The notes below the pieces were generated by a model. It was not told the origin of the DNA and did not search any database. It was given only the letters and a program-made list of their open reading frames with translations. Positions 1-12,559 of a stretch of 64,000 bases of DNA are shown piece by piece. The DNA comes from Camelus dromedarius. Its lineage: Eukaryota. The position numbers and the translations under genes were made by a program. The stretch spans positions 49,478,001 to 49,542,000 of the forward strand of contig NC_087436.1 of the NCBI RefSeq assembly GCF_036321535.1, given 5' to 3'. The number at the start of each line of letters is the position of its first letter. Within the stretch, counting starts at the first letter, position 1.

Positions 1-126
1 GAACTTTTTACATTGCTGAAAAAAAAAACTGCCCTCTCTAATACCAAGCTGACTCCCACCCACAAAGCTTATCCCCCAGCTGATCAGCCTTAGAGTCTGG
101 GCGAGGAACTAACATATGGCTTGTTA

Positions 127-456
127 GAGCAGTGATTCTACACATTGAATCACCTGGGAAACCTTAACAAGCCTGCCGTCTGGGTTTCCTACTCAGAGAT
201 CCTGATTTAATTGGTCTGGGTATGGGGAGGTTTTTTAAAAAATTTTTTTTGTAGTGGGGGAGGTAATTAGATTGTTTGTTTGTTTGTTTAAATGGAGGTC
301 TTGGGGATTGAATCCAGGACCTTGTGCATCTTGTGCATGCTAGGCACACACTCTACCACTGAGTCATACTCTGTGCCCTGCCACCCTCCATCCCGGCATG
401 TGGAGTTTTAAAACCTCCCCAGGCATTTCTAATGTGGAGCAAAGGTTGAGAATTAG
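127..456. mobile_element. MER5-type hAT/Charlie MITE, interrupted by a SINE
   Basis: Typical MER5 words: cagtgattct..., cacattgaatcacctgggaa, gatcctgatttaattggtctggg, ctccccaggcatttctaatgtggagcaaaggttgagaat. Confidence 0.7.
243..371 (-). mobile_element. Camelid tRNA-derived SINE (Vic-1-like)
   Basis: Reverse complement has A/B-box head (ctcagtggtagagtgtgtgcctagcatgcacaag...gtcctggattcaatcccc), ctaattacctccccc body and A-rich tail. Confidence 0.8.
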
Positions 457-2087
457 TGAGCAACTAGGCTGGCCCTGGGAGCCTGGGTCGCCACACTGAA
501 GACCCTTGGGATTCATAAGGAAGGATGACATTAATCAGCCACTCCTGTGAACTTCCTCTTATGTAATTTCTTCACAACTCCTATTTCTTTCTTTTCTTCT
601 CTCTCTCTTTCTCTTTGAAAACCCGAGACTGTCCAAGAGAAAGAAAGTGGGTCTCAAAGAGTTGTTCTGGGAAATCAGGCTTTCTGAGATTGGCTAAAGC
701 TGGGTAAGAATTCATTCTTTGGCTAGGCTAGGCTGGCTAAGAAATGAATAGATTAGAGATGGTGGAGATGGAGTGAGGAAATATGGTACAGTGGAAAAAA
801 TTAACTTGGAATTAAAACACTTGGATTTATTTCTGGCTTTGACACTTATTGTGCATGACTGATTCGCTTCCCTTTTTAGTAGAATGAGAAAATCTGACTT
901 TTTGATTTCTGAAGTATTTTCTGGTTTAACAACTATCACTCAGGGAAAAGAGGGGGATGTAATTAAAGTTAAGGAAGCAATGCTTAGGTAGGCTCCAGCT
1001 CTTTTAGGTCGGTTTGCAGAAAAATGAAAGAAATCCTGCTTCTTCCAACACCTTCCTGGCTTGAGAAGACGTCATGGAACCTCATGTGGAATGGGCTTTG
1101 ATTCCAAGCAGTGGCTGGGGGGCTTTCTCATTACCTAGTTTCCGCCTCCCTGACTCTGGTTTTGTCCTGGCTCACACGGTGTTTCTCTATTTTCTTTCCT
1201 GCTTCTGGACTCTTAAACTTGCCAGTGCAACCACGGCTGGTGCTCAGCTCAGTCTAGTTTAGACCAGTGGGTGTGTCACCCTGGGTCCAGGAAATGGCGA
1301 GTTCCGCTCCTTTGAGGTGAAGGGGATGCATTGGGGAAGAGGGTGCAGTGGGGGATTTCCTGGGCTTTCTGCACTTGATTGGAGGGGCTTGCTCTTGGTG
1401 GCACTAATCCCACTTGGAAACCCTGGGCTCTCAATGCAGAATGAGGGCAGCAGAAGCATTTCAGAGGCTCCCTTTGAGGTCAACAGGGTGTGTTCCAGAG
1501 AGGACTGGAGAGGTTTAATGATCCTCTGGGCCCTAGTTCCTGATGTTCTGTATTGTGGTGGGCATTCAAGGGGAGGTGACGGCAGGGGGTTTCTTTACCT
1601 GTGGAGATGGGAAATGGTCATGTACCTGGCGGGTCTGAAACCTTGTACATTGGAATCACCTGAGAGTCTTCAAAGGCTATTTAGTTGCCTGACTCCAACA
1701 GGACGGATGGACAGTTTAAATGAGTGCATAATGAAGAGAGGCTGAGGGAAGCAGATCTTGTCTGAAAAAATTTCCCTGCAATAATGCTAATAACTAACAA
1801 CGATTAAGGCCACACTGTACTTGGCGCACTGTGCAAAGCACTTGACTGGTTGAGATCAGTTTGCAAACAGCAGGAGCAAGACTCAAACCTAGCTCTCTCC
1901 TCAGACCCTGTGCATTCTTAAACCACTCAACCAAACCAAGTCGTATCACTTCACGAAAATTTCCAGTGTGATAGAACTGGCACAGAGAGGAGTTAAAGCG
2001 CCCTCGGTCACTTCCTGCCAATGAAGGCTGCTCAGAATCTGGAAGCAGGAAGATGGGAAGGCACAAGAAGCCAGGGTAGTGTTTACA

Positions 2088-2280
2088 GCAGTGGTTCTCA
2101 AAGTGTGATCCCTGCACCAGCACACCAGCAACATGTGGGAGCCCGCTAGAAACGCAAACTCTGGGGCCCCAGCCCGGACCTACTTTATCAGAAACTCTGG
2201 GGGTGGGCTCTGCAGTCGGGCTTAACAAGCCCCCAGGTGACGCTGATGCCCACTCCTGCCTGAGAATCGCAGTTTTGGAA
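2088..2280. mobile_element. MER5-type hAT MITE
   Basis: cagtggttctcaaagtgtgatccctgcaccagca...cccagcccggacctactttatcagaaactctggggg...ttaacaagcccccaggtgacgctgatgc...tgagaatcgc. Confidence 0.75.
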
Positions 2281-3320
2281 GAGCGGCTTTCCTTCCCCGC
2301 CCTGCTCCGCGCCTGGGTGTGGTGCGCGAGGAGAAGCCTGTTACTGCTTAGGCTCGGCAAGGGGGGGGGGGGGGGGGGTCGAGGAACAGAACGAGGGGCT
2401 GCGTGACTCGGGCCAGGCGTGGCAGCAGGTAGAGGACCAGGCCTTGGGTTCGGGGGGGGGCGGCCGAGGATGGCACGCCTTCCATAACTTGCCCTCCACA
2501 CTTGCACGGAGAAGGGCCTATTCTTTTTCTCCACTGGTGTAGGGTCGGACTTGCTTTTGCTGGCCGGTGGCTCTGAGGGTCCTGAGTGTGCCTTTCCTGT
2601 TTAAGGATCCCCTGCATTAAAGCGACTGCAACCGGTTGCTGCTGGTTTGCAGCCTGGCTTCGCCACACTGAGGACAAGGAGAGAGGGAAGAAAGAGGGAA
2701 GAAGGAGGTAGGCACCCCAGATGGGTAGGCGGCAGTTCCAAAAAGCGAGGGAACGTACTTACCAGGCTTATCTCTGGAGGCCACAAGCGGATAGCTCTCC
2801 GCACCCATCCGCCAGAATCTTAAGTTTGTATAGTGGCCTTAATGTATGTATAGTACCATCCAAATGGCTTCAGCAACCCGTTGCTCTGTCAGGGTTGCAT
2901 CACTGAAATGGCTCCGGCTGTGGGAACCGTGGGCGGAACGTACATCTCGAGGACGGGGTGGGAGTGAGGAGTCTCCAGTTGTCCGGGTTCAGTTCACAGG
3001 TCAAGCCGTGGTCACGTCCTCTCCACAACCTCCTCCGACAGTTGCGAATTAGCCGGAAGGTGCAGTGTGACTGCGAGCTGAAGAGGAAGGAGCAGGAGCT
3101 GGGGCAGCTCCGGGAGCAGGTGCGGCAGATGTGGAGGAAAAGGTGGAATCGCTGGAGGAAGTTAGTATTTGGAGGTGGAGGGATGCGTTCCCGGGAGAAG
3201 CTCCTTACTTGCCATGGCACCCTCCACCTTCTCTCGTCCCACCCGGGGACCGACGTTCTCAACAACCCAGGAGGTCAGATGGGAAGCAGACCACTGCACG
3301 GAAAACTGGCAAAGCGAACA
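2280..3320. promoter_or_regulatory. GC/CpG-rich island, possible promoter
   Basis: Visibly elevated GC and CpG relative to the CpG-depleted remainder; GC-box-like ccccgccc at ~2295. Confidence 0.5.
2361..2378 (+). repeat. G18 homopolymer
   Basis: Directly visible. Confidence 0.95.
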
Positions 3321-3918
3321 GTAGGTAAGGATGGAGGGGGCAGTTTGTGGGAAGTCTGGGGGTGTAAAGTCTTGGAAGAGGTGTGCTGGAGTATTTTGGT
3401 GAGCTTTGAGCTATTTGTTTGTCTTTCTTGTCCGTGTCCTGTTCCATCTTGCCGAAAAGAGGGAGGGTTGTTGGCCGACGTGGTGAGAAACCTCCAAAGC
3501 AGGAGGCGGCAGTTCCCAGGGAAAATGAGGAACTCAAGCAGTTGCTGGCCATGCGAGACAAGGATGTGGCTCAACTCCTGGGCTACCCTTGGGACAGTCC
3601 CACTGTGAGTTTTTATGTAGTGGAAAGAGAGAGGACTAAACCTTGGGTGGATACAGTTGTTTTTAATGAGGTGAGGGAGGCTCCTGGTATTTTCTCCAGA
3701 AATTTAACCTGTTTAATAGGAGCCAGCTGCAAAACGGTCCACTTCCTAGAAGGTTTCTGCTCGGGTTCCCTAAAACCGCAGGACTGTTAGATCAAGTTCA
3801 TAGAATGCCTAGTTTTTCCTCTTCTTTCCCACTCCATACCCCCTTCCCCTCCCTAGAAGGCTCAAATGAGGAGGCTGTGGATTGTGGTGGCTTGTGGAAA
3901 CACTGGAGGTGGAAAAAG
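2960..3918 (+). pseudogene. Intron-containing coiled-coil gene remnant, family unknown
   Basis: ELKRKEQELGQLREQVRQ/VEEKVESLEE; donor AG|GTAAGG at 3325; acceptor 3459; LLADVVRNL/KQEAAVPRENEELKQLLAMRDKDVAQL; donor GTGAGT 3605; acceptor CCCTAG 3856; AQMRRL/LVETLEVEK; donor 3919. Heptad-like peptides require frameshifts. Confidence 0.45.
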
Positions 3919-4939
3919 GTTAGCTTTTATTTATCTTTCAGTGATGGGGAAAGCCCTGTTATTTTAATTGTTCTGGCCTCAGGAAAGAATAAACCCTTTA
4001 GTGTCCTAGAAATGGGCATTAAGGCTGGGTGAACTGGTTTCCAGGGGATGATGAATCATGGAAGAAAATCTGTTGGGAGTGGAGAGAGAATTGAAAGGAG
4101 TGCAAAGTTCTCTTTCCCTCAAAAAATAGGATAAATATTTTACTTGGGCAGACTGAGAAATAATGGATAAAATTCTTAAGCTGTCCACAACTTTTCTCTT
4201 TACTCCTCTTCCCTTCTTTTGTTAACGCCTTGTCTTGATTTAAGTTTAGAGGAGACAATTGATATTCCACAGTAGAAGGGGGACCCCTGTGGGAATTGGG
4301 GGGTGCAGGATTGGACAGGATGCAGGACCTAAGACAGTTAAGTTAGGAACATGGACTTAAGAGTCTCCAATACTATCTCAGTTTTCACACTGTGGAGTGA
4401 GTATCAGAGAAGGAGTTTTCAGCAGGTGAGAATGGGCCAGATGGGTAAGCTCAATATCTGAATTTCTTACAGAAGTCATCATTTAGTTTTGGTGCAGCTT
4501 GAGGATGGAGTGAGGGTGGGGAGTTAAGGAAATGCTGAACTCACAGGATGGTCCTCATTATATTGTCTGGATAACTGTTCCTGTCTCTCAACAATCTTTA
4601 AGAGCAAGGATTACACATTTTAGTGTGTATCCTATAAACAAAGGAAAGAGACTTAGAAGGAAGGAGGGACTCTTTTACCCATAACAGTTTTAGCACTGAC
4701 CATGACCTCCTCACTCTCCTTCCGACCCCATCAAGCCCCTTTTGATTTTTGTTGTTATATTCTAAGTTGTGTTTGGATGTAATACATTAAAAATATCTTT
4801 TATCTTTTAAGAAAGAACATAGAGATGTTTTACAAAACTTTACGATAACTATAATTATGTATAAATGCTGGAGGACATACACTATTGGTTGACAGTTATT
4901 CATTTTCCTCTTTCCAATTCTCAGAGACAACCTGTCAGT

Positions 4940-5340
4940 GATAGAGCCTGAAAGCGACAGTGCTTTCGTAACTTCCTCTGCAGTTGGAGATAGCCATGCA
5001 TCCTGGTTTTGGCTTATTAGATATAAGGAAATACTGTTGGGAAACTCTTGGGAAAGAATTCTTGATTGAAAAAGAGATAATGTGTATTAGAAAGCTCTCT
5101 TTTTCACTCTTTAGTCCCTCATGCACGTGAGAGGAATGATGTCTGTCCTGGTAGCAGCTATATATTTAGGAGGATGAAAGCTAACATGCATACAACAAGG
5201 AATGGATGGGTGGAAAATACCTTGGTCTTTAAGGCAATTCTTGTACCAGTCCGCTGAAAAAAACTGATGTTTGCGTACCCCAAAGTCTCCATTTTTAGAG
5301 CTAGTTTTGGATAGTATTCTATAACTTGCCACCTGACAGT
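4940..5340. mobile_element. MaLR LTR (MLT1I/J/K-like), old
   Basis: cttcctctgcagttggagatagccatgcatcctggttttggc...cttgggaaag motif of old MLT1 LTRs. Confidence 0.5.
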
Positions 5341-5419
5341 CTTTTATGTCATAGCTTACCTGTTTTTGAAGTCTATAGCTTGCTGTGTTGGTTGGTTGGT
5401 TGACTGAAATAATCAAGTA

Positions 5420-5421
<2 letters not shown>

Positions 5422-5452
<31 letters not shown>
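5422..5452 (+). repeat. poly(T) tract
   Basis: Directly visible. Confidence 0.95.
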
Positions 5453-5454
<2 letters not shown>

Positions 5455-5459
5455 GGAAG

Positions 5460-6110
5460 ATTGCTAGAGTGGTATGCAAAAATTTGAGGAAATATATCTG
5501 AAAATGTTTTTGCCTTTACATGTAAACTCATTTCAGTATAGAATTCTTGGCTCATAGTCTTTTCCCTGAGACTTCCATGCAAATTGCCCCATTGTTTCCT
5601 GTCATTAAAGAGCTCAGGCCTAGCCTCATTTTTCCTTTTCTTTCCCTTCCCTTCTCCAATATTTCACCATGATGTAACAAAGATTTCATTATTTTTCATA
5701 ATTTTTATTAGTGCATCATGAGCCCTTTTATCTGCTTGGATTTGTTCTCAGTTTAGGAAAGTTTTTTTCTAATATTTTGTTTTAAGCCAACCACAAAGAT
5801 GTCTAAAACCATTTGTTAAATGAATACCCATTATTTATATATTAGATATCTGATCTGTTTTTTTATATATTTTATCTACTTAATTTGCTGTTACTTTTAA
5901 AATCTAATTCTGGAAGATTCTCTACAGTTTATTTTCTGTAATTGAATCTAATCATTACTGCTTCTAGTGGCCATTTAAAATCCCACCATTTCATTATTTG
6001 TTTTCTTATTTTTCCGCCTTACTGTTCTTCTCATCTGTGGTCTTGTGTATTCTATAATCTGTCCCTACTTCTTGTCTCATTAATTTTCTTTAATTTTCCT
6101 GTGGGTGATG
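5460..6110 (-). mobile_element. Old L1 fragment (L1M-type)
   Basis: T-rich strand bias; tatagaattcttggctcatagtcttttccctgagac is typical of antisense L1M. Confidence 0.45.
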
Positions 6111-9100
6111 CAGATGGTAACTGACCTTTTTTTTTTTTTTTTTGCCCTCCTATTTCCCCCAAGTAGTATTTACGCCTATTTTGGCCTCTTCCTTTTAGAA
6201 CTTTAAATTATCAGTTATATATCAGTCTGAGGGGAGTCAGGAGGAAGATAAATACATCTACAGAAGAATCTGCTCTCTACAATTTGGTTGTCTGAGAGTG
6301 TTTTAGGGTCATATTTCTTTTACCCCAGGCATGTGATGTTTCTAGAGACAGCTGTACCTTGTTGGTAGAAACACAGAGTGCTCTTACACTTTAGAAGAAT
6401 ACATTTCCAGTTGGGAAAAGTCTACTACATTTATGAGGAACCACTTCAGAAAACATTGCATAGTTTTATTTGGTATGACCAGCATTCCTCTCCCAATGAG
6501 GTAGCATAGCCCTTGTATGAGCTGGTGATAGGACACCAAGCTGAGTGATGCCAACCTCACCTCTAGCCCAGTCCCCTCTAATTTAAAGGCACTTTGGTTT
6601 TTCCCCCCCTGGGGTTTCCTTAGTTCCTCCCTGTGTATCATCACTACTCCTGAGGAAGGGGAATCATGGTTGTGTTCTAATGAGCTCTTCAAGCTAATCA
6701 TTATATCTAGTGAAAGAAATTCTTAGTGCTTTTGCCGCGCCTTGTTAAGGAGCCTGAACAACTCAACAGCACATTTTCTAGACACTCTTAGCTAGGACTC
6801 TGGGCCATCCTGGGGTGTCTATTTTTGTTGTGGCTTCCTGTTTATGAGGTGGCAGCATCTGAGTTTTGCAGGCAGGTGCCTGACTGTACTGCTGGCATTT
6901 TCTTCATAGCTTGGTTCTGTGTTGTCGTTCTCAGTCATTTCTGAAAAGTTAACTTGGAGTTTCTTTATTAAGTTTTCTAGTGATTCGGATAGCTATCTAA
7001 AATCATGTAAAAAGAAAAATCTGCTTAAGTTCTGCTTAAGTTAAATAGAATAGATTAAATGTCTGCCACTGGAATTTGATCAGCGTGAACATGGATGCAG
7101 ATCTCTACCTATTCTTATTTTTCTTTTGTGATTTGGCTCAGTTTCTAGGAAGGGCTTTAGGTATCTGCTCCTATACTACCGTCTTTTCTGAAAGTCTGTT
7201 TCTGATTAGTAATAACTTTTCAGGTATTTATGTAATCAAAGCTGTCTCTGCTTTTCCTCTCATTTCTATCTTTGGGAATTTGCTTAGGAAGGAAGATAAT
7301 AGTTTTATGGAGATTTCATATACACCCTACATCTTCAAAGCCGTTGGTAGCATAAATCCCAGTCATCTCACTATAAACAGATAACATCTTCATGAATCAC
7401 TTCCTACTGGTGTATTTTGTAAAGAAAGTTTAATTTTATAACTGTTCTGAGTTCTTGATGCTACATGTTTCTTTTCTCCTAGTTTTACTTTGGTCATTGT
7501 TCATTTTATTGCTGTTCACTCTTCTGCCCACATGGAGCTGAGGGTGATGGAGAAGACCGAAGTAAAGAGACTGATAGAGCAGGTGGGCTTCCTCTGTGTT
7601 ACCCACATACATGTCTGTCAGATCATCCCTGAAACTGGTGGGGATAAATGGAGCCAATTTTGAAGAAACTGTAGGTTTTAGCCTACTGTAAAAGTGGTGA
7701 TGCTGAATGTTCCAGGTAGAACATTGTTCTTTGACAAGTGCCAAGACTCAGGTATGAGAGAGAAAAAAAAAATGGACTCTGGCCCCCAGACAGTTTTTGG
7801 AGCCAGAGGGAATGTGGTAGGCTAAGGAGAAGACATAATGGCCAGATAAAAAGTTGAGGACCAAACAATAAAGTGTAAATTTAATGTTAGAAGCTCTAAG
7901 GATTGAGTATACTGTTTTCTAGGGTGTAAGATTCAAGGACATGAATTAGATGAATGGTTCACACATGCATCAGCTGTCCTGTAGCTGTTAGTTCTCTTAG
8001 ATTTTTGATAGGCTCCAGTCTAGAGTAGGATGGATATTATTTTGGTCTGGAAGGATTTTAAAGCAGATGTTTTTAAATTGACTTTTGACGTAGAAAAACA
8101 AATCTCAATGGGATGACTGGGGAAGCCCGATTCCAGGTATCATGCTGTCAAGACATGCTTATGTCATAATCTGCATTCCTAGGTAAACTGATTGCTATTT
8201 AGTATGATTTTACAGTGAGCAGTTGAATTTTGAGAGTTTGCCAATGGCGATGATTTAGGCTATGCTGACCCTTTCTTTCCTGTAGCTGGGGTACTCAGTA
8301 AACCGTAATATAAAGATGTCTTTTAAGGAATGACATCCAGTGGACGGGTGTGTGGATGAAGTAAGACTTGTGGGAAGGACTTGTACATGGTAAACACACA
8401 ATAAATACGAGTTCCCTTATCCTCCTTAACAGGGGAGCTAGTGACCAGACAACATGTTGTGGTGATAGCTGATTGCCATGATGAACATAAAAGGACGAGT
8501 GTTTCTAACATACCAGCAGAGCCTCTTTTCCACTTTCCTTTCACACTGTCTGTGGTTTTGTGATTCTGCTAAGATTGAGAGTGGAACGGTGAGCTTTGAT
8601 AGCTGGAAAGGTCTTACGGAAGATGTGATACTTAAAGGACAGGTGTAGAGAAGTAAAGAATACTCAGGTCAGATAGAGAAACATGATTGAAAGCTGAGAG
8701 ATGTGTCGTGATAGAGTTCCCGTGAGAACAGGGAGCTCAGCCTTGATGGGTAAAAGAAGACACTCAACTGACTTAATCAAACCTGCCCTCTTATGAAAGA
8801 TCACTGGGAGAAACCAGCTACCAGTCTAAGTAAAGTGAAGGGTTGGACAGTTGGATGGCAAAGCTTAGTGATTCAGAAAACAATTACATGTTTCACATTT
8901 ATTCATTAGGCTGAAAATTTTGGCTATTTTTGTAGCCCAATTCTATAGCAGTTCCCCTTTTTGCTATACTACAATGTTGTCATGTACTTATTTTTAACCT
9001 CTAGGTTAACAGTATCAACTAATCAGAAATTCCTTCAGTTTGATATATGGAGGGAATGTCTCAAAAGTATAAAAATACATTTTTCATGTAAGAAAATAGT

Positions 9101-11069
9101 TCTGGTTTCTCTTAAAAGTAGGACTATTCTAAAAACTATTTTATCTGTATCTTAGAATTGCAAGTAGAAAATTTTGATATTTAAATTTAAGTGGTACAGA
9201 AAGAAGTACTTAATATGAATTTTAGATCATTAACCATGTGGCAACAATGATATAATTTTCCTGAAAATTTATATTTTTGTAGGGCTATTTTCATGCAAAG
9301 CATCTTATTTTTCTCTGAAAATTATGCTTTTCCAAGAAGCCAGTAGTTTCATTTCAGTATTTTAACTAGTATTTTTATTTTTTCCACAATCTGTTGATAA
9401 TGATGGGAAACTTGAATTTAAGACTTTGTTTAAATGTATAGATCTTGAAATTAGTGTCTTTCTCCAGGGGGACATCATTTGAATAGGGAATCAGTGTTGA
9501 TTCAGTATAGAAATACTGAAGAAGCATTTCACCGTGACTCCATAAAAAATTCAAAGTGAAAATTATAAGGAAGTTGCAAGGGAAGGAAGCTGTCTTAAAG
9601 TTCAAACACTCCAGAAAAATTCAATAAAACTAGAGGTAATTTTCCACAAGTCTAGTAATGAGTCTGTTGAGTATAGCTTTAAAGTGAAAAGAAAGCATTA
9701 CTGTTCTCCTTTTTAAAAAATTCTACTTAGAGTTAAAAAAAATCAGCTATAAAAGAAATCAAATAAAAAAATTAAACAATTTTTAAAGTTCTCCAGATGG
9801 TTCTAATGTGCTGCCAAGGTTGAGAAGTCCTGCCTCCTTCTTGATCAATGACCTCTTCGGCTCACTTAGCCAGGATTTCTGAAAGTAAAGCATTTCTTAA
9901 CTTCATACTAAGCCAATATTAAACATGAGGAAATATCTGTGTATTAAAGTCTTCTCCTAGGAAACGGGGATTCTTAGCTACTGTACCCTTGATTGTTCTA
10001 TTCACAGTGATTTTTTTGTGAATTATTCCACCTCTTTTGTAAATCATCCTTTATTCTTCCTACTTCCGATCCCTTCTTAACTTTTGATGCTATAACTTTA
10101 TCCTTTTGACAACTATTATTTTTCTCACCTCAATTTGCTACTTCCCTTCCTTCTTACTCTATCTTTTCTTTACTCTTAGCCTCTATTTCAACTTTGATCA
10201 TCCCCATTCTCTTCATTAAGCAACCCTGTGCCATCACAATCTCACAGGCTTCCTTCTGCCCACTCATTCAGTTTGAGATCATGGAGCCTTGGCTCTTGCT
10301 TGAAGAAACTTCCATGTTTCTTTACCCTGCCAGATGCCTGTCTCCATGTAAAATGCAGTGTGAATTTTGTCTTCTGATGAGATGATAAAAATACCAGTTA
10401 CCCTCCCCCAATCAAATGAAAACTAACATTTATAATAAAGGACACACTTCTAGAAAATATGACTTGGTTTTGTAAATTTTATAGGGGTACCCCATGATGA
10501 TTTTAGAAATCCTCTATGGAGAGAAAAGAATCATTTGAAAGTATTTCTCTGGTATTAATCATAGAAACTTTCTGAAAACTTCATATAGGATGAACACCAA
10601 GGCTTAAGTGTCTGACGACTGTTACTAAATTTTCTTCAGTGAATTTTGGATAGAGTTTTGTTCCACATGATTTTCCCTTGCCATGTCTAGGCCACTCTGA
10701 TGGTGAGTTAAAAAGAACTTCAAAGCTATCTAACACCTTGTAAAAAGGAAAAATAAATAAGCATAAGCGTGAACTATGTGGGTTGGCCCTCAGCACCTGT
10801 GGGCAAGATTTGAGGTTATTCCTAGAGCGTCAGCAGTGAAGATGGAATGGGACTTGATAGGAATAATTCCAGTAGGAAATAAGCAACAAGACAGAAAGTA
10901 CCAAAAATGAAGCAGGCGACTTTCATTCCGTGTCAGTTTTGATTGAACTTCATTTTAAATATGTTTACTTCTGCAGAGCACAGAGTTCAGAAAAAGATGT
11001 AGATATCCTCAGGAGTTTGGGGGAGAGTAACCAGGAGGAGGAAGAGGTCACTGTGAAGAGCAGGTCAAT

Positions 11070-11150
11070 AAATGGGGCTGGTTAGCCTGCAAAAGAGGGA
11101 GGTTACCAGGGGACCTAATCCCTGCTGTCAAATGTTTCTAAGGCTCTTAA
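11070..11150 (+). mobile_element. L3/CR1 3' fragment
   Basis: ggggctggttagcctgcaaaagagggaggttaccaggggacctaat...caaatgtttctaagg resembles the CR1 GLFSLEKRRLRGDLI coding end. Confidence 0.5.
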
Positions 11151-12299
11151 TGTGGTACATGCACACAACTTGTTATGCAGATAATAATAGGGGAGAGGCT
11201 AGGGACACATGGTGCATTTAGAAGGATGTGAAGAAGAAAACAAATTCTTGATATAAAAATCTTGTCCCTGCCCCCAAATTTTTTTGTTTCTGATATTCTA
11301 GGTTTTACATTTCTATATTAATTTGTGTGTGTGTGTGAGTTGTTTCCCAGTTAATTTAGAATTGAATAGTGAGCTGTTTGTTTCTTCTTTAGAACAAGTT
11401 ATGTGATCTTAGGATACTTAACTTTTCTTGGACTCAGTTTCTTTATCTTATTACATAGTAAGCCCTTTGTAAATGTTATCTAGTGAAAAACAAATGTTAA
11501 ATACTTAACATGATTTTATGAGTATTAGTTAAAATCATTCTCTTGTATCTGGGATAAGGTGTTCTGAAAGGTGGGTGAATGGGTTAATTTTCCAATATCA
11601 TAGCCTTATCTGCACATATGATAATTTCCTTAGATTGCCTCTGCCCATTCGATATCATCCCTCAGGGCAACTGGTGGAACAGAAGCACAGTTATTCCCCT
11701 TGATGGGCACAGCAAAATTTGGGATGAGCTGCTTCTCTTAGAAGTTTATTCCTTTCCTATCCAATGTGAAGTGATCAGAAAAAGAAAAAAAAAAAACTTA
11801 AAAAATTTGGAAAATTGTTTAAACTTTTTTGTTGGTTTCTTTTACATTTGATTTTAAACCAGGATTCCCTAAGTTAAGAATATCTTTGAAAGCATTAGGT
11901 GTGGACAACATCCAAATAGGTGTAAAGAAAACAAAGAAATATGAAAAAGAATCTCTTACTAGGCCCTGAAATTTTAAAAGCATTCACAATTGAGAAAGAG
12001 AAAACTTACAGATAAATCCCTCTTTTTCTTATTAAAAATGATTCTCCAGACTAGATGCCCTGAAAGACTCTTCCAGTGGAAACAACTAAAATGTTGAACA
12101 AAATGAAAAAAAAAATGGAAATTTCAGAAGAAAGATACCAAAAGTCTTACACAGATAAAGCCACTATTGATATATTCATATACTTCATTTTATTTCTCAT
12201 TTCTATGTAGAAAATGCTAGAAAATTGGGTTGCTTCTCATAGTACAGGATTAAGAGGTCTGGCTTAAAGTTTTTTATATGTCTAGAATTGTCCAGATTT

Positions 12300-12438
12300 C
12301 TCAAAACCTTAATTTGGTAATGATATTAATGCCATGGTCCCAGTGGCCACATTGAATTGGTCTGGGATGGGTCCCAGACTGTGGTAACCTTTCAGGGTCC
12401 CCAATCTTTCTAATGTCCTGCCAAGGCTGAGAAGCCTG
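12300..12438. mobile_element. MER5-type hAT MITE
   Basis: tgaattggtctgggatgggtcccagac...ttctaatgtcctgccaaggctgagaa. Confidence 0.55.
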
Positions 12439-12559
12439 ATCGAGAATAGATTTGTGCTGTTGTTGATAAATGACCTCCTCCTCAGCTCATTCAGCCTGGA
12501 ATCCTGGATGGAACTGTACTTTGCTCTTTATTTTGGGGCGCATGTCCATTCCATGAATT

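Noticed and set aside
1794..2534. Longest ORF (246 aa, minus strand)
   Set aside because: It runs through a MER5 element and G-homopolymers; GC-rich stop avoidance explains it, and there is no recognisable domain
3050..3165. Resemblance of ELKRKEQELGQLREQ to the PRKG2 N-terminal leucine zipper
   Set aside because: Generic coiled-coil similarity; no cyclic-nucleotide-binding or kinase exons are visible downstream
10977..11063. Exon-like AQSSEKDVDILRSLGESNQEEEEVTVKSR after ttctgcag
   Set aside because: Directly continuous with an L3/CR1 fragment and probably part of it
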